Below are positions 16,326 to 18,016 of a stretch of DNA of 18,016 nucleotides, piece after piece. Within the stretch, counting starts at the first letter, position 1; every line of letters begins with the position of its first letter. The stretch lies in contig CAYWWC010000056.1 in assembly GCA_964461615.1 (NCBI GenBank), positions 1 through 18,016 of the forward strand, written 5' to 3'. A program made the position numbers and the translations under genes. The notes under the pieces were generated by a model. That model was given only the letters and a program-made list of their open reading frames with translations. It made no database searches and was not told the DNA's origin. Origin of the DNA: an uncultured Anaerolineae bacterium. Its GTDB lineage: Bacteria; Chloroflexota; Anaerolineae; VGOG01.

Positions 16326-16408
16326 GGACGCAGATTAACGCAGATAAACGCCGATTTTTTGATCTTATCTGCGGAAATCTGCGTGTAAGCGAAGCGGCAT
16401 CTGCGTCC
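16326..16408. promoter_or_regulatory. Array of five copies of the octamer ACGCAGAT/ATCTGCGT, two forward and three inverted, bounded by a perfect 10-bp inverted repeat GGACGCAGAT...ATCTGCGTCC. Candidate operator or structured leader.
   Basis: Seen directly:
- GGACGCAGAT 16326-16335.
- ACGCAGAT 16338-16345.
- ATCTGCGG 16367-16374.
- ATCTGCGT 16377-16384.
- ATCTGCGTCC 16399-16408.
A T6 run lies at 16355-16360. Located in the 183-nt gap between the two GT2 genes, just upstream of a weak TTGCCA-17-TATTAC candidate promoter at 16418-16446. Confidence 0.45.
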
Positions 16409-16466
16409 TATTCCAGTTTGCCACTATTGATGTTTATCCCTATTACCAGGTCTCGCGCCGACGACG

Positions 16467-17225
16467 ATGATGAAGAGAAAGCCAGAGCTAAGCGCCATCA
16501 TCCTCACCAAAGACGAGGAGAAGAACATCACCGACTGCATCGCCAGCCTGCAATGGGCCGATGAGGTCGTGGTCTTCGATTCCTTCAGCCAGGATGGGAC
16601 GGTGGAGGTTGCGCGAGGGGCGGGGGCGACGGTTCTCCAGCACCCGTTCCAGAACTTCGCCCAGCAGCGCAACGCCGCCCTGGATGCCGTTGATAGCGAC
16701 TGGGTCTTCTTCGTTGACGCCGACGAGCGAGCCACGCCGGATCTGGCAGCCGAGATACGTCGCGCCATCCAGGATGAATCGCGGTCCGGCTGGTGGGTTC
16801 CACGCCACAATTATATCTTCGGCCGCGTGATCCGCCACGCCGGCTGGTATCCCGACTACCAACTGCGCCTCCTGCGGCATGGCCAGGCCCGCTATGATCC
16901 CCAGCGGGAAGTTCACGAGATAGTCATCCTGGATGGTGAGGAGGGGTATTTGGAGAACCCCCTGATCCACTACAACTACGACACCCTGGCCCAATTCATC
17001 GAGAGGCAAAATCGCTACACTGATTACGAGGCCGGGATCCTCTTCGACCAGGGCGTCCGCCCCAGGCCCCACAACTTCGTTTTGCAGCCCCTCAGGGAGT
17101 TCAGGCGGCGCTATATCACGCTGAAGGGCTACAAGGACGGCTTTCATGGGCTGCTCTTGAGCCTCTTGATGGCCTACTACACTCTGGTGATGTACCTGCG
17201 CCTGAGGCTGCTATGGCGTCAGTAG
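16467..17225 (+). CDS. Family-2 glycosyltransferase (small GT-A, LPS/cell-wall glycan type).
   Basis: SAIILTKDEEKNITDCIASLQWADEVVVFDSFSQDGTVEVA...FVDADE is the N-terminal GT2 signature with DxD/DAD. 252 aa. No clear SD; tandem ATG ATG at 16467. Confidence 0.8.
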   Translation: MMKRKPELSAIILTKDEEKNITDCIASLQWADEVVVFDSFSQDGTVEVARGAGATVLQHPFQNFAQQRNAALDAVDSDWVFFVDADERATPDLAAEIRRAIQDESRSGWWVPRHNYIFGRVIRHAGWYPDYQLRLLRHGQARYDPQREVHEIVILDGEEGYLENPLIHYNYDTLAQFIERQNRYTDYEAGILFDQGVRPRPHNFVLQPLREFRRRYITLKGYKDGFHGLLLSLLMAYYTLVMYLRLRLLWRQ

Positions 17226-17242
17226 CGCCTGCCCCCCCGGCC

Positions 17243-17300
17243 CCCCAATCCTGGGGTGAGCGGCAAGGTTTCCCCCCAGGGTTGGGGGGTTAGGGGGGCG
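17243..17300. repeat. C-run/G-run palindromic hairpins downstream of the GT2 gene. Same style as the leuC-upstream element; possible factor-dependent terminator or REP-like element.
   Basis: CCCCA atcc TGGGG (about 17249-17262) and CCCCCC agggtt GGGGGG (17272-17289), followed by TTAGGGGGGCGG. Shares AGGGTTGGGG with 163-172. No U-run. Confidence 0.4.
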
Positions 17301-17318
17301 GCTGTGGCAAAGCCAATC

Positions 17319-17347
17319 TTGACCTAATTGCAAGGTCATGTTATAAT
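17319..17347 (+). promoter_or_regulatory. Near-consensus sigma-70 promoter TTGACC-17-TATAAT for the HNH gene.
   Basis: TTGACC 17319-17324, 17-nt spacer, TATAAT 17342-17347. GAGGAGG SD 17371-17377. TTG start at 17383. Confidence 0.55.
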
Positions 17348-17382
17348 CGGCTCTAGATCTGAGAACCATTGAGGAGGCACGG

Positions 17383-17898
17383 TTGAGCGGCCTGTTAGAT
17401 TCTCCAGTTCTTGTCCTCAATCTAAACTACGAACCGCTGAACGTCTGCAACGTCAAGCGGGCTATCACCCTGGTCGTGGTGGGCAAGGCCGACGTTCTGG
17501 AGAACAGCCGCGGGGTCATCCGCACCCCTTCCACTACCTTTTTGTGCCCATCGGTGATAAAGCTGGGCTACATGATCAGGCGTCCTCGCCCCCGGGTGAA
17601 GCTCACCAAGAAAGAGATCTTCCGGCGAGATAACTACACCTGCCAGTATTGCGGCCGTCAAGCCAAGAACTTGACCGTAGATCACGTCATCCCGCGCCAT
17701 CATGGGGGGCAGCACCATTGGGAAAACCTGGTGAGCGCGTGCCCGGCCTGCAACCATCGAAAGGGCGGCCGGACTCTCCGTGAGGCCCACATGCAATTTT
17801 TGCAACGCCCTCACGAGCCTCGCGCCACCAGCAGTTACCTCTTTGGCCGATACTTGAAAGAGAACGAGGAGTGGCAAGAGTTTATAGAGGGTTGGTGA
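17383..17898 (+). CDS. Stand-alone HNH endonuclease (about 171 aa) with an N-terminal domain of unknown function.
   Basis: C-terminal HNH/zinc-finger motif YTCQYCGR...LTVDHVIPRHHGGQHHWENLVSACPACNHRKG (CxxC...H-N-H...CxxC). TTG start 5 nt after GAGGAGG. The N-terminal 85 aa (LVLNLNYEPLNVCNVKRAITLVVVGKADVL...) is not assignable by eye. Confidence 0.8.
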   Translation: MSGLLDSPVLVLNLNYEPLNVCNVKRAITLVVVGKADVLENSRGVIRTPSTTFLCPSVIKLGYMIRRPRPRVKLTKKEIFRRDNYTCQYCGRQAKNLTVDHVIPRHHGGQHHWENLVSACPACNHRKGGRTLREAHMQFLQRPHEPRATSSYLFGRYLKENEEWQEFIEGW

Positions 17899-17919
17899 CA
17901 ATAGATAACGAGAAAAGGG

Positions 17920-17950
17920 GAGTCCGCTGGCGGACTCACCTTAAACTTTT
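17920..17950 (+). terminator. Weak terminator-like hairpin after the HNH gene.
   Basis: GAGTCCG (17920-17926), loop CTGG, CGGACTC (17931-17937), then ACCTTAAACTTTTCT. The U-run is short and displaced, hence the low confidence. Confidence 0.35.
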
Positions 17951-18016
17951 CTGAAATGGGCATTCACCTTTTACTCGCGACGGACTAACGTCCAGCAGGG
18001 GCAGGTCTTTAGCCGC

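Noticed and set aside
16326-16408. CRISPR array or DnaA-box cluster.
   Set aside because: The repeats are only 8-10 bp, occur in mixed orientation and have no regular spacers, so it is not CRISPR. TTATCCCTA at about 16434 is only a partial DnaA-box match and is a single copy.

Overview
This is a high-GC bacterial chromosomal segment. The gene content, TTG starts and domain types suggest a Chloroflexota-like organism, but the phylum cannot be determined from the sequence alone. No rRNA, tRNA, CRISPR array, transposase or integrase was detected.

Forward strand, 1-5780: the 3' end of an unknown gene, then a branched-chain amino-acid operon leuC-leuD-leuB-ilvE-cimA. The archaeal-type LeuC/LeuD pair is followed directly by a citramalate-synthase-like gene, which points to isoleucine synthesis through the citramalate pathway.

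Reverse strand, 12343-5794: a co-directional cluster folC, then a secreted GH99/WbsX-like glycoside-hydrolase-domain protein, then lon, then an FG-GAP-repeat lipoprotein.

Forward strand, 12435-17950: a strong promoter with a long leader, then a lipoprotein with two FlgD-Ig-like domains and a CARDB-like domain. Next comes a compositionally atypical, visibly lower-GC polytopic SPFH/band-7 protein, closed by a clean intrinsic terminator. Two family-2 glycosyltransferases follow, then a stand-alone HNH endonuclease driven by a consensus TTGACC-17-TATAAT promoter.

Non-coding signals that the gene list does not explain:
- A family of C-run/G-run perfect palindromes. Two sites share the core AGGGTTGGGG. 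One copy lies in-frame inside the glycoside-hydrolase gene. One forms a canonical G-quadruplex motif in the leuC leader.
- An AT-rich 70-nt leuC-leuD spacer with a perfect 10-bp palindrome and GAGATT direct repeats.
- Twin perfect hairpins between leuB and ilvE.
- A five-copy ACGCAGAT/ATCTGCGT array between the two glycosyltransferase genes.

The most plausible candidate for a novel system is the two-gene cassette of the FlgD-Ig lipoprotein plus the polytopic SPFH protein, the latter apparently horizontally acquired. A secondary candidate is the strongly promoted solitary HNH nuclease with an unannotated N-terminal domain. All functional assignments rest on motif recognition by eye; no database searches were run.
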